DNA of 64,000 nt from Aplysia californica (GCF_000002075.1 NW_004797821.1:176604-240603), one strand, 5' to 3'; positions 1 through 14,524 are shown, counted from the stretch's first letter. A program made the numbers and translations. Notes: a model not told the origin generated them from the sequence alone.

Positions 1-41
<41 letters not shown>

Positions 42-1020
42 TTTTGCGCGTAAGAGCGCGCGTTCGCACATGCTCGCTGTAGCTTCACCCTTCGCGAATT
101 CACAATACTGGTATTTCTTGAGAACCTAGGGGCTAATAACATTTTAAAAATCAGCTTATTGAGCACGACAATGCTACACCGATCTCCCTGAGAAAATATA
201 AATTTTAATATTGCCAGAATGAGTGCCTGTGTTTGTCTGCTTGATTTACTACGTTCTGCGGTTGTTGTTTTCTTTAAATTTGTTTGTTGTTGTTGTTGGG
301 TTGTTGTTGTTGTTGTTGTTTTTTGGGGGGGGGTAAATTTATTTTTTCTGCAAGCCATTTATAGATTATGTTCAAGAAATTCTACAGTGTAGCTTATCTA
401 TACTATGTATTTTGTGCAATGGGGGCTAGATTACCGGTTATCTAGACAGCACTGATTTTGTCGGTAAAACCTAAGTCTTGTACATAATATTATTATGTAT
501 CTCAAATCAGTTAGCGTATTGTATCTCGTCTTCCGTATCTCTGTGGCTGACAAACATTTAATCTTGTTTTTACACATAACCAAGGGGCTCTACTCTGAAA
601 TACATCACCTGAGGGTACAGTCCGTGGGTGTCTCAGTGCTCAAAGTTTTAGTTGTAATAAAATTTAGACTTTTTGCACTGACAATTGAGAGGAATTGAAG
701 GGAGCGGCAAACTGGACCACGCCTTCAAACGACAGGGGAACGTTTCTCAACTCAGGACAGAAACAGATACCAGAGAGGTTAGAAAACTGAGGGAAAAGTG
801 CGGCGTGATTCATCCTGCACAGTCGTATAGCAGCAGATTTTGTAGCATCGACTTCTCACAGCACTGAGAGTGAGATGGGCGTTAACCACACCCTTATTTA
901 CTGACTTCTAACCCCTCTCCTGACCTTCAACCCATATTTATGGCCTATCTATTGAATGGATATGGGGTTAAGTGGAAAAAGAGGGGAGAGAGGGTGGAGT
1001 TTTCCAGGAGTGCAGAGCCC

Positions 1021-1323
1021 GGTGATCTTGTCTTATTATACTTTTAGCACGTTAAATTCTTCAACTGAGGACTTCTGTAACGAGCGACCACTATTAAAAT
1101 TCTATATCTAGATCTAGATCTATATCTAAATCTAGATTATACTCAATGGCTTCCGAAATCATGATAGAAGAACAAAAACCACTGTTATACCATCTGTTCA
1201 AGACAAAATTATGGTAGTTTGCGCATTTTAAGGCCCAGTTCAAAGTTTAGAAGGTCTGGCAGTACGTCTGGGTCGGGGATTAGTAGACTTTGGGAATTTA
1301 ACGTGCTAAAGTATAAGATCACC
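1021..1323. mobile_element. MITE with GG..CC termini and 8-bp TSD (Merlin-like)
   Basis: Imperfect TIR ggtgatct...tatacttttagcacgttaaattc / gaatttaacgtgctaaagtataagatcacc; flanked by cagagccc at 1013-1020 and 1324-1331. Confidence 0.75.
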
Positions 1324-1549
1324 CAGAGCCCTCCTACTCCTGGCCTGAATTGATTGATAATGTCAATGACAACTCTACAATGATAGTGTTGATTCTGAGT
1401 GTAGATCTAGGTTTAGGTTTGGACAGGACATTATGATTAGGCCTATAAAATCCATTGGATTCATTAATTAGTCTTGTAATCCTAGTGTTCAGTTGAGTTA
1501 GTTAAAGTTTCATGAGACTGAGGGGTACAATTATGGTAGGCTAGTTTAA

Positions 1550-2276
1550 CCCACTCAGTACCATAACGGCCGTAGCCGGCCGCTTGCGTTTCATAAACCT
1601 AGTACCATTACGGCCGTAGCCGGCCGCGCTCTAGTAGCGTTGTTTCTAGGGAAGTGTACACGCTTGGTAGCCATCGTATTTAACCCGCATTTCGACCAAT
1701 TAGAAAATAGATAATCATTCTCTCCTTGAGAGCAGTGGGGACATAACTCTGGAAATTTTAGTTGGACTAATTTCAATGTAAACAAACCAGTTCACACGGG
1801 TCGCGCAAGCTAAGATCGAGCGTTCTTCGCAAGCCACCGGCATCGCGTTCAGACTGATTTAGGCGAACTTTTGGATAATTTTAATGAAAATAACTGCTGG
1901 GGGAGAAAACCCACAGAATGGTAGCAATTTAAGTGAAAGTGACATTGATGGTGATCTAATTGTGCCTTTGGGGGGTGGTTCGGACAATGAGAATGAGGTC
2001 AATGAGGAGCATGACTAGATCTAGATCTAGATCTACAACTCGGCTGATTTTATCTTCAATTATGAAATACAGTCAACACACACAGTAAACAAGTAATTTA
2101 TAAATTAAAATATATTCAATTGTGAAGAACTTGTTTCAAGATTTTTTTAAATCATTGGATTGGTTATTTTATAATGATTTTTAAAATATACCCACTACAT
2201 CACAAACACGGATTTATTCCCCTTTGCGTGGTCCTGAGCCATCTTCCCACTGGAAATCCAGTGGTATTAGAGTGGG
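1550..2276 (+). mobile_element. Non-autonomous piggyBac-type element
   Basis: TTAA at 1546-1549 and 2277-2280; termini cccactcagtacca / tggtattagagtggg; internal direct repeat agtaccatWacggccgtagccggccgc; residual acidic stretch. Confidence 0.7.
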
Positions 2277-2448
2277 TTAATAAACAATTTTATAATAATT
2301 TAAACGATCACACTTCTGATGTTATAATTCTTGATCTTGATACCCATGTTACTCATGCGTGCAGCATATATATTTATGTCTGATTATGAACATATTCTTG
2401 ATATCTTATTTTTGCAGTATTTCTTGAATTCTTTGTACAGATCAGTGA

Positions 2449-2565
<117 letters not shown>

Positions 2566-3322
2566 TGAGTTCTTAGATGTGGGAGAATTAAAAATAAAAA
2601 ATGAAGTTCATCAAATTGCCGCGAGATCAAGTAACAGGACTGTTGTCTTGACTACCGTCTTTACTAACAGTTTTATGTACCTGTTTGAGCATGATAGCAA
2701 ATTGTTCCTGTATAATTTGGCCTCTTTAAGGCCCAGATGCATCCATTTTATAGCAATCTGTCTTTTTTGTGTCTACACTAACCACATGCACAGCTGTGCC
2801 CTTTTTTAATGTCACTAACACCATCTGGTGCTCTCACGTATGTCTAGATCCATCCGCTGTGCAGCATGTCTTTGTAGAGGTACGTGGTGGAGAAAAAAAA
2901 GTGTGACTTGCATCCCTGTCACCATCTAACAAGAAGCTACCTGCATATGGCAGGTTTCACAATTTTATGTGCACTGAGGTGGTGAGATGTTTCTGTGCCT
3001 ATGTATATATATATATATCTCTTCTCTTCCTTAAATATCCCCAGAGTCGGCTGTACTGCCTATAGCTTTTTCTTCACTATCTCAGTAACCATATATAACC
3101 ATAATAATGATAAGCCCATTCCACACTTCTCAGCTGTGTAGGATCGTTTTGCCACCCTTCATGATATTCAAACCAACTGAACTACATTCAAATGAGCACT
3201 AAAAATGTTTGGCTTAGATAGGGGCGAACCTTTAGATTCTCCTGTAACCTGATACTCTAAAAAATGATGGGTGTGTTTGTTTTTCCATTGTGCACACAGA
3301 GTGATTTGAATGAAACATTGCA

Positions 3323-3514
3323 GGTGGTTGGCGGGTGCTCTGTTGTGGTTTGCTCCTTCTTTCCTATCAAACATCTATCGTCCTTATCTCTCCTCCTTCT
3401 TTTTGTGTTTGTTACTCTCTTGTAACACCTGTAATTTTCAGTACTTATTATAAGTCATATGACCTTATTGTGTTGCAAGTGCCGTAAAACTGACTATCTT
3501 ACTAAAAAAAAAAA
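3323..3514 (+). mobile_element. Family A short retroposon copy (LZIC intron)
   Basis: ggtggttggcgggtgctctg...gtgccgtaaaac...actaaaa; approximate TSD gaatgaaacatt / gaatgagacatt. Confidence 0.85.
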
Positions 3515-3760
3515 CAGAATGAGACATTTATTTGTGAGGAAAAAATTGGACAGGCTTTTCTGACTTTTCAAGATGAGCTGTTTGACATACAGTCTTGATG
3601 TTCTAGAAAAGGGTGCTGCCAGTGCAAAAGAAACATAGCAATTCAGTTGGGGCTTGGAATATTGTTCAAAGTATTCGCGAATATCAGTTTTGCGTGTTCG
3701 AGAGTTATAAATCTGTATTTAAATATAATGAGATGAATAACTGTGTTTGTGTTGTTCCAG

Positions 3761-3896
3761 GGCTGATCTGGAGCCAGAGGAGTATGAAGAGACCAAGAGT
3801 GAGACGGTGGAACAGCTGAAGGAATTCCAGGAAAACCTCAACAGGATGCTGGAGGGGAACCTCAGTCTGGTGGACGAACTCAATGCCATGCAGCTG
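3761..3896 (+). CDS. LZIC: LZIC coding exon 2 (ADLEPEEYEETKSETVEQLKEFQENLNRMLEGNLSLVDELNAMQL)
   Basis: ttccag acceptor, gtgagc donor, phase 2 to 0, LZIC-like sequence. Confidence 0.95.
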
Positions 3897-4651
3897 GTGA
3901 GCCGAGTTGTTTAGAGTGACTTTTGTACATAGTGCACTCTGCCAGTTGAATTTATTTGGTTTAGTCTGGGCAAACCAGATTTTCCTTCGTGGGGGTAAAG
4001 CTACCAGGTTGGAACAATTCAACAGAATTCGACCAACCTTCAAAATCAAACATGAGTTTGTTTTTCAAGGTTGCTAGTCGAACCGATCATAAATGTCAAA
4101 TGTGAACAGCTCATCACAAAGCTTGTAGCCTAGGATGAGCCACAATGTCAGGGTCATTTTTTTGTAATGCAACAGTTTGGTAATGGACTGTGTAGATTTG
4201 GGGAGGCTGATACTGATAGATTTTATAGATATATCCTATATATCTAAAAAGCTATGACATTTTCTGTGTCTGTGGGATTCAAGAAACTCTCAACACAGAA
4301 ACGGCAATGTCGTGAAGTGAACACTTGAAGTTGAACCCTTTGTTGAAGGAAAAGGCTTTATTATGAATGGTAATGGTAAGTTGTGTGTGCCATCTAACAC
4401 CATCTGGTGCTCTCATAACACGCCGCGATCCGTTCATCAAACGGTGAAAGTTTTCTGTTTCTTACTTATGGGCTGAATCTGATGCGACAGTGGAGAGGCG
4501 TATGTCATTTCTTCTAATTTCTTCAAGGCAAGGTATCTTGAGTGGAAGATTTTTTACCTATGTTTCCGTGGATCTCCTCCCATTTGGTTCAGTTTTTATC
4601 GGAGATGAATGTTTCTTTATTGCGAGGTCGAGCCTCTTTCATGACCTTGCA

Positions 4652-4864
4652 GTGGATGGTTGGTGGGTGCACTGGTGGGGTTTGTCTTTCTTTTCTATAA
4701 AAAATGTATCATTTTTCTCCCCACCTTCTTTACTTGGTATGTCACTCTCCAGTTATACCTCTAATCTGATTTATATTGCAAGTGCTCTACTCTCTAAAAA
4801 TACCTCTATGCCTATTTTATCTTGCTAGTGCTGTAAAACTTTTACTAAAGCAAGCTAAATTAAA
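4652..4864 (+). mobile_element. Family A copy, diverged
   Basis: gtggatggttggtgggtgcactggtgggg head and gtgctgtaaaacttttactaaa tail. Confidence 0.7.
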
Positions 4865-4891
4865 TAACCTCAGTGTTGAAAGACACTTTAA

Positions 4892-5077
<186 letters not shown>

Positions 5078-5690
5078 TGACATAGTTTTTTCAGACCTGT
5101 CCATGAAACATTTTTATTTTAATACGTTGTACAGTCTGTTGGATTAAAGGCACTCATGAAATTATGAGAACAAAGGAGATTATACGGGTTCTATAGCGAT
5201 GTATTGTTTTGCCCATAGTTTTACAGAGGTTTTTAACTTAATGTCTATGGCTAGATGAACCTTTTGGGTTTGATGGCCATTTTACTTCTTTTTTTATCAG
5301 TTTTTTTAAATCCAATCAAATCAGTATCCTTAAACTCTATAGTTGTCTCTCCATAGCCTGTGTATCCTAACTAGAACCCATAACCCCCTACCCGACCCCC
5401 CCCCCCCCCCCCCCCTCAGATTGTCTTCGACAGGTGGCCATTAGAGCAGGTTCGACTTGTACAAAAAAATGTGTGTGTGCGCGTAGGGGGAGCAGGGGGG
5501 CTGAGGGGGTAATATGTTGGCTTATTTTTTAATGACCCGTTTGTCGGGTGACAATATGTGGCCTTCTTGGGCGATTTCCACTCTGCCGGTACTAGAAATA
5601 CCATAGTCGGGATTCACATCATAAAGGGTCTGATGATAAGACTTTGCTCAGTCCATTGTATTGCTTTCTTTTCCTCCTCACGCTGCTCAG

Positions 5691-5868
5691 ATCTCCCGAG
5701 ATGAGAAGATCGGCAAGCTGCCCAAGGAACTGGCCATCCAGCAGTCTGTGGAAATCCTGACGGCCCTGAAAAAACTCGGGGAGCAGCTGACGGCGCCGGA
5801 GACAGCCTATCTGGAGCAGCATTCGTCCGGCAGTCTGCGACAGTTTGAGAAAGTCTCTGCCGATCTCG
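5691..5868 (+). CDS. LZIC: LZIC coding exon 4 (ICAT-homologous region, ISRDEKIGKL...EILTALKKLGEQLT...QFEKVSADL)
   Basis: ctgctcag acceptor, gtatgt donor; lies within ORF 5661..5921. Confidence 0.95.
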
Positions 5869-5930
5869 GTATGTGGGGGCCAGAGGTTTTTGGGGTTTTT
5901 TGGTTTTTGTTTTGTTTTTAAAATCCCTGT

Positions 5931-6109
5931 GTGGGTGGTTGGCGGATGCTCTGGTGTGGTTTGCTTCTTCTTTCCTATCAAACGTCTATCGTCCTTATCT
6001 CCCTTTCCTTTTTTTATGTTTGTTACTCTCTTGTAACACCTATAATCTTCTGGCGCTCATATGACCTTATGCAGTTGCGAGCGCAGTAAGACCTCTACTA
6101 AAACTAAAA
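5931..6109 (+). mobile_element. Family A copy, full length
   Basis: TSD taaaatccctgtgt at 5919-5932 and 6105-6118; (actaaa)n tail. Confidence 0.9.
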
Positions 6110-6559
6110 TCCCTGTGTTCTTATCTTGTCATATTTATAAATGACTGAGAGATGTTTGAGGGTGTGCTGGTATACCGCCACCTAAATGAAGTAAATTGTG
6201 TTGATGGGGTGTGAAAACACTTACACATGGTGTCAAGGTTGGGGGGGGCAAGGGGTAGTAGAAGTACAGTATTCTCAGCTTCCCTGGAAGCATACAGTGC
6301 CAGTATGCCTATTAAGCACTCAAACATTAACAGACTGACCAGATCTTTCGCTGTCTTTAGACATTCCAACCAGGGTGAAGTGAAGAAAATTTGTGTTTTA
6401 TTTAATGAAGTGCCTTTCCCAAGGGCATAACCTCAGGCCCCTGACAGGGTTTGAACCCATTACCTTTCAGTTGAGAGCCCAACAGCCTCACTGTTAGACC
6501 ACTGATTAGTAGTAGTCACAGAGTTAACCGCTGCCTCATTTCAGTTCTTTTCCTTCCGT

Positions 6560-6713
6560 GGCTCATTCAAACATCTATTGTCCATATATGTCTCTCCTCC
6601 TTCTTTTCATAGTCATAGTGCATGTAGGAGACCTCTAAACTACGACATTTATATGACCTGTTTTTGTTTTGTTTTGCCAGTGTCGTATTACTGACCAAAA
6701 CTAGTACAAAAAC
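6560..6713 (+). mobile_element. Family A copy, degenerate
   Basis: tcaaacatctattgtcc...acctctaa...atatgacct...gtgtcgta...aaaact. Confidence 0.6.
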
Positions 6714-6785
6714 TTGAGTAATTTTATGCCCGGCATTCACAGCCCAGAACTCTGCTCATGGAGGAATGTTTTTGTTTTATCGCAG

Positions 6786-6844
6786 GTTCTGGGGAGAAGG
6801 TTTTGGCAGTTGCTGGCTCTCAAGTGGAACAGGCCAACAAGTAA
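6786..6844 (+). CDS. LZIC: LZIC last coding exon (GSGEKVLAVAGSQVEQANK*)
   Basis: tcgcag acceptor, TAA at 6842-6844, frame consistent with the upstream exons. Confidence 0.92.
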
Positions 6845-7048
6845 CGACAGTCTTGGAGGCCTCTCTGACTCTCTACGTGCCTGGAGTCTCCTTCTCCTAA
6901 CGGAGTGGCTGTCTGGTACAACGGTCGGTCTTTTCGTCAAGCGATTCAACAGGGCTTTCAGTCGAGTGTGTCATTATTGTCTGCTTTTGGTCTTAGAACT
7001 CAGTTCAGGTAGACGCTTGGGATTTTGTCTGGTAAGATTTATTGCAGT

Positions 7049-7054
7049 AATAAA
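7049..7054 (+). terminator. Candidate LZIC polyadenylation signal AATAAA
   Basis: First AATAAA, about 205 nt after the stop codon. Confidence 0.5.
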
Positions 7055-8870
7055 GTGTGTGAACGATTTATTTTACGATCTCATGTCATGGATATAATGT
7101 ATCAGGATGTTCAGAGTCAAAGGTTTCACCAGTTGACAATAGTGTAAGCGAGAAGGAACCTTTTTTGACTTCTGATTTTGGTGCTCAAGCACACACCCTT
7201 GTGATTCAATGTGATGAACTGTGCTCCGAACTGAACCAAAATTTATATATTTTTTCTAGTTTGCTGCTTTGGAATTGGAACTAGCGGTAGGTAGGGGCCT
7301 ACATCAACAAATGTTGTTCCTTATGAATTGCATCACATTTTTGGTTTTCATTGAGACAAGTTGGACTTTTTAGAGCAAGTCGTTTCCTGTTTACACAGTG
7401 CAGAAGGGTGCACATTTCTTGTCATCATCAATGTGATCAGGGTTTGTTTGTCTTCTGAGAGCTTACCATGGAGAATGCCTCACTTTTTACATGCTTGCTG
7501 TAATTCGAACTTTATATACCAGAATTGTATGCACAGTTGTTTGAATTTGATATTGTGTAGTTGTTAATTATGCAGTGCTGAATTTATATGAAGGCAAGTG
7601 GTTTTCTTTATGAAACATGAAATAATCAACGCTATACCACACAGAGTAGATTGGGTTGGGAGTTGGGTTTTTTTTCCCCGTTTCTGGCACACAGCTCGTA
7701 AATTCAAAGAAGTTTCTGCTGTTGCCAGTATTTCTGTTAGACTTTTTAACCATTTGTTGTTAACTTTATGCATAATACTCTAAGTACCTGTCCTGAATCC
7801 TGAAGTTTTTCATCTGATTTTCATAATGTGGAGCTGTTGTGCATGGCCTAGTCAGTGACCCAAGAACTCCGGAGGGTTTTCTCCTTTGGGTTGCACTGGC
7901 GACAGAGCTTTTAGTTTTATGTTTGCCATCAGCTGAGGTTCAGGAAATAATTGTTGCGTCTTCAGAGCAGATACCTTGGAAGGTGAACAAAATAATACAC
8001 AAAGCACACGCTTTGACAGGAAAGTTATATTCTCTGGAACTGTGAGGTTTTCGAATTTTCAAATTTTTTTTCTTTTTTTTAAAACTTAGATATTTGTATC
8101 CTCAGGGACAGAGACAGAAATGTTTTGAGTATTTGGACTTAATCTGTCCACATCGTTTTACGCAAGAAAAATTATGAAATTATTCGAACTGAGCCCAAAA
8201 ATGTGAAATTATGCAATTCTGTTAATTTTAATTTTAACAAAGAATGATAAAGGAAAATAATAAGAAATTTTGCAAAAAATGATCAAATTTTGTTCAATTA
8301 TGCGGGGTGCATAAAACCATGGGGACAGCTTAATTTAGTTCTAGGATTCAGAATCCTAACCTAATGTGAATGTTCATGATATTTTTCACCTAAGAACTCC
8401 ATGGCTTGTAGTAAGTCTTTAATAGTCTTATGCAGTAATTTTTGTTTCTGCTATTTTTGCCACTGTTGCTGAAGAAATGGTTTATTAGAGGTGTACAGAA
8501 GTGCCCTCTGTCTTGATCAGCCTTATTCTCACCTTGACGACAACGCGCTTAATAGGTATTTCCATTTTACCCTTTCACTTTCAGTAAAATGTATGTTATT
8601 TATGGGGAAACTTGTGATTTTGCTTTCGGTTGAATACAGAGTGCTGTAGAAAAGCTTATAATGTTTCAGTTGAATGACACTTGTTTACACACAGACAAGG
8701 AGTTTACACACAGACAAGGAAAGAAAATAAGCAAAGTTTGTGGGGACATACAATTCATTTTTTAAAAAGTTTTTTTCCTCGAATCCATTTATCATGATGA
8801 GACAATCGGGGACCATGTTTGGGGTACATAATCATGAATTCATTGGATTGTGTTCTTTGTTATTCACCAA

Positions 8871-9156
8871 GAGCGAGGCATCGTGGTGTAGTCAGGCGCT
8901 CGTCAAAATATTAACTTTGAGCTATCGACATTTTTCCACGTGTTTGGCAATTTTTGTTGAATTTTTGTTTTTTGGCTCAACCCCTTTTATGTCCATTTAC
9001 AACCTAACTTCTGTGCAGATTTTACTGAAAAACATTGATTAAAAGCACTCAAAATGTAAATATTTTCAGTTTCCAAGGACTCTCAAGTTTTGGAAGTCGG
9101 CAAACTTTGGGATGCCCAAAAACTGACGAGCGCCTGATTCAATGGGGTTGTGACAC
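8871..9156. mobile_element. ~290-bp MITE (also at 10810-11110; single ends near 42865-42902 and 55517-55555)
   Basis: TIR core caggcgctcgtcaaaa / aactgacgagcgcctga in both full copies, with shared internal sequence. Confidence 0.7.
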
Positions 9157-12100
9157 ACATATTCAGTCAACCGTGGATATTTGAATTCATTTGATTTTGA
9201 AAATGATTTTAGTTTTAGTGTGTTACGTTTTTACTTGCAGCTGCTCAGTTACTTATTCCTATGTTTCAAGTAAATGAATGGAGGATTCCTCATGTTCACA
9301 GCTGTCAGGATGAGACTGCTTGATTCCTCATGTTCACAGCTGTCAGGATGAGACTGCTTGATTCCTCATGTTCAGAGCTGTCAGGATGAGACTGCTTGGG
9401 TTTTTGACCAACTTCTGGGGTGTAAATGTTGGAAAATGTTTTGTCATATAATACGCCTCAGTGGATTTGTTTGTGCACTAGTCTGACCAGATGATGTGTG
9501 AATGTGTAAGTGTAGAGATTATATTATAATTGCCTTTTCCCTCCTCTACCTTCCACACATCAAAATTTGTTGTTTTATGAATATAGACGCAGACACACAC
9601 TCATACGCATTTTTAAAAAATGTCTTTGAATAGCTGACATCCACATTGTAAAAAGTATTTAAATAACTTGTACTGTCTCTAAGCAATTCGTGTCTGAATC
9701 GTCATCAGAATTAATTTAACCTGTTTGTTCTCGTTCATTCGGCCTCGAAGGTTTTGTCTACAGGTTCATGGATTTTCAGAGGAAGAGTACAGGGGGGAAA
9801 ATGGCAGTGGTCACAAGTTTCAATTTTTTGCATTTGTCTTGTTTGATCTAGTTTGGCTGGTTTTATTTTGATCAGTAATGAGTAATGGCTGTAGTCGACT
9901 ACTAGTGACATCATCATATTTGCAATATTATTCACATTTGTAGTGACATCATCATAATTTGCAATACTATTCATATTTGGACAGAACAGCAGGTACTACC
10001 TCTGAATGACAAAGTTTTATCTGCTCAGTACCTCTAGTTTTGAGAAATGTGACGAAGATTTTGAGTTTCACTTCATATTCATGACAAGCTTTTTCAAATG
10101 CATTTATTTGAATATCTTGATGACGACTCCGAATAATCTTACGATTCAGATAGAGCAGATAGATCATTTTGTTTTTAACCTCATGTTCTTAGTAACTCAA
10201 AACGGACGATTAGAAATGTCAAATATAATTTTGTAATTCTGAGGTACCGAATAGTCTATATATAATTATATATATGAACACATGAAAGAAAGGCAGCAGT
10301 CTTCTATACTTTGCCTCTATGACTAACGCTGTTTCCCTCCCCTCTTGAGGTCTTCCAATTGTTTTCTAGATACTCAACTTGAATATTTCCTGATTTCGAC
10401 ATACTCAACATGAAGAATTCCTACATGTTTTTGTTGCTGTCTATTTAGTTCCTAAACGTACATTTTCTTGAACAGACCGGGTGTTTTTTGGTTTTGTTGC
10501 TCCTTTACCATGGCTAAAACAGCACCTGGACATGGATGGCTGGTGCCGCTATAAATAAATCATTGATGGTCTGCTCCTTGACCTCTTATTCAAGAAGTAA
10601 TATGACATGATATTTTAGGTCTTTTTCGTGCCTCTCTGTTTACAACAGTGCAGGTGAAAATAATGGACAGTTCCTCTTGTGTGCGAATCATCTGCTGGCC
10701 ATGATGCTGATAGAGCCACGAATACATGTACAATAAATTGTGATATGCTCATTTCATCATAATTAAGTTGTGCATTTGTCGCTCGTTAGCTTATAAACAC
10801 CCAGTGCATGTGTGAGGCATCGTGGTGACATAAGGTGCTCGTCAAAATAACGAAATTGGTGACTCAGTCATTTTCTCTCCAGTTTGGCAATTTTTATAAA
10901 TTTTTTGTTTTTTTATTCAACCCTTTTATGTCCAAATAAAAACACATTTTCGTGTGAATTTTATTGAAAAACGATTAAAAGCCCAAAAGCTCAAGATAGA
11001 CGGGTATTTTTTTCCTCGAAAGCAAGATAATTGAACAAGCTGTTAGATGATATCAATAACTCCACATTTCTAAAAATTGACGAGCGCCTGATTCCTCCGC
11101 ACGGTGACACAAATCTTCACTGTGCTAGCAAAATAGCGTAACTCAAGAGTTATGCCAAAATGCAACTAGCCTTTTATTTCGTTTGATGGTACTGTATCAG
11201 ACTATCTCTACCTTTTGGTAAAACCAAAGAACAAAAATATACTGGCAGTCACAAGAGAGACATACTATTATATTATTAGATGATAAATAGTCCAGTAGAA
11301 CAGGTTTTTTTTTTTTTCATTTAAATTATCTATTAAAAAAATAAAACAAATTTTAAGCAGGAAATATGAGATGTGCCATTTTGCCAATACAGTGACTATA
11401 TACACAACTGAACCCTTAGGTCTACTGGAATTAGTTTTTCATTGGTGCTTTTAAAACAAGCTTGCCCAACGACGCAGTTTGGCATCTCTTTTTTCCCTCC
11501 CTGTATAATAGATCTAACCGTTTTACTAATTTAAAGTACTGGTACCCAGACTCTTCATTCAGAATCAGATTTGGATTTTGTGTCAGTGTCAGGTCGTGTA
11601 GCCAAGTGTGTCGTGCACATAGCTGAAATAATAACTCTCTTCTCATCCGTCAAGTTTGATGTATTTTTTAATGAGATATGGTATCTCAGAGTAGAGCAGC
11701 TATTTGAATAAACTGTTGATTGTGGAGAATAATTAATGTTTACTTTACAATGTATTAAGGGTTCTGAGCATTGGGGGGGGGGGGTGTAAGAAGGAGCCAA
11801 GGAGAAGAGCAGTTGGGTTCACGAACTTGACCAGCAGATCAAGGTTGAGGGTTCGAACCGGAGAGGGGTCTTTTTTCCTCATCCTGGAATATTTCCCCCA
11901 AGCCTGACATCTTGACAGGGGACCTGCGTTCATCGTTCAGAATGTTTGTTTTCAATGTTTAACTTCCATTCGTTGATAATTTCATTTTATGAGGATTTGT
12001 TAAAACCAATGTCTGAGGCAGGGTGTGTGGTCAAGTCTGAAATTTAAAAAAGCCCGACAGTTTGACGTCTGAATCAAGTACATGTGTATCCCGATAACTT

Positions 12101-14524
12101 TGTGCAATACACAATACATCCTGTCCTTGTTCTAACACTGTGGTGTACACTTCCTGATTTCTACAAGTAAATCTCTCATGCCATTACCTCACACAAATCT
12201 CAAGTCATGACAGGATGGCTAAATAGAAACATAACTTTAGTTTGGAAAAAGTTTTACAGTACCGGTACAGTGCTTGCAACTGCAAACGGTGATCTACCTT
12301 TGGTGGCATGTGAACAATTAGCCTACCGTTACTTTTGGTAAAGTCATTCCACTGGAGGCAGCACGCATCCTGAGTTTTGCACTCTCAGGACGTAACATTT
12401 TGGGCTACACCACAGAAGAATATTAAAAATGAAAAAGTCATGGAGACAAACATTTGCAATAGAAAAACACAAGTTTTTGATAGTTTTGTTTGGTTTTTTA
12501 TTTTTCAAATTTATTAACAAATCATAGAAAAACTTGTTCATATATGTCAACAATCAACAAAATAATTTTAAAAAACATGACATCTCTGACAATCAAAGGA
12601 AACAACTGGTATGTCAGACCTACAAATTATGCAGTGAAATGGTCAACAGAATTTCTGTACCGAACAAAAAGTCATAGGCCATAACCACTGTTTGCACACA
12701 CAATTATTAGTGGCAAGGAATGTGCTGCTCCTTTCAAACATCGCTGCAACATCCTCAGCTTTTCTTCCACTCACGGCAGATACACAACACACATACAACC
12801 ATGTAACTTTTTCAAGAATTTTTTTAAAAACATGGTCTCCAGGAATTTTTTCATTAGGAACTGCTGCAGATGAGAATTTTTTTTCTTTAATGGAAAACAA
12901 ATGGAAATTATATGATACAGAAAAAAAAATGTCAACACAAGATTATGAAGTGGATTACTTTGTTTTGGTTTGGAAAATACAACACATGAGGTAGACAAAA
13001 CATTAAAGTTATTATTTAAAAAATACACTTTTGAGGGATGTAAAAGATCCCCATTAAAAAAAGACTGAACACATTTTGGATAATCAAAAATTTGTGTAAT
13101 AGGAAGCAAATTAACATAATATACAAGGCTACAGAAGGAAATCCCTGAGTCTATTTTTATCATTACCAACACAGAAATAAACAAGGAGAAATGTGCATAT
13201 GCGCCTATACAATTAATGCACATCAACTGAAAAAATAAACCTAACTGATCTGCCAGGTTCAACGTAACTGATGACACTAGAGGGTTGTGTGACTGGCTTC
13301 TACGAAAGTAAAGTTGTTCCCGCATCCGATGCGGACAGTGGGGATTGCCTTGTTAGTGAGACAACTTCCTGGACTTTCGGCATATTGTGGTAGGGTGGCT
13401 AGTTCCTTTCCACGCCGCCTTTACTTCCCCAACTCGAAAGTCGGCTTCTACTACTAGATTCTATCAATACTATAGCTTTATTTGTGGACATACCGGTAGG
13501 CCTACACCCTTTCAACTCTGTTCAGATTATTTCATAAACAGAACCTCAGAATTAACTAAATGTCCACTATCACCTACAGCACTGAGCCAGGTGGGTGGAG
13601 AGCCTTGAAAACTACCCAGACAGCCCAAGTTTAAGAACATCCCGTGGGTGACTTGAACCAAGGTCCTATGTACCATAGCCCATCAAGATGCCCCTTGATT
13701 TAACAAACACCTCTCATCTATCATCATATCTTCTCTCGGAACTGTTTGACAATCATTTTTCTAACAAGTGGCCATGTTCATAGATCACTTGGGTAAATTT
13801 TACAGGTGTTCCTGTTGCCTTCATAACTCAGAGAAGACTAAAGCTTCCTCAGTGTTTCCTTCGATGGAAGTGAGCGCTGCTAACATTCCACCACAGTAGT
13901 CTACTCATCGTCTGAACAGGTCTTTCAGTATCACTTCTCCACCCATCTGCTCTCTCTTCTAATGCTTGCTCAGTGTGGAGTGAGGAAAGAAATTGGCTGG
14001 CTGTTTTGTTTTTTATTCTGACTGCTATAGATTGACAACGAATACACTGAAATTTGAAACGTACAGTAACTGGGCACGAGAAGATCACCTTCTCTTGAGT
14101 ACATTAACATAGCTTTAAACATGCACAAGTGATATTTGTACTAACTAAACATCATTTCTTGAACAAAATAAACAACATTCATTGAAAGAAAGAAAGAAAA
14201 AAAAAAGTAGGTACAAAAAGAACGCAGCTACTTCAAAAGTAACGTTCAACATGTGAAAAAGAACTCTATTCGTACCCATGCAGAAAAAAATACAACATTC
14301 ACTCATGACATTTGACATGGCAACCATTTCATTTTCACAATAATTTGAGCATCATTTCTTGATTCAGAGAGACTGGAGGGAAGAAGGGTTTAACAGATGT
14401 TCACAAAATATCACTGGTAGTTTTGAAACTGGACCAAAAATAAAGAGTCTTTTAGTGCAGGGGACAAGCAGAGGCATCTTCCAAAGATCAGGATCAACTC
14501 AGAGTCCGCTACTTTTTGTTTTAT

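Noticed and set aside
5931-6109. Family A as a canonical C/D or H/ACA snoRNA
   Set aside because: No terminal RUGAUGA/CUGA boxes and no convincing H box plus terminal ACA; it has TSDs and a LINE-type tail.
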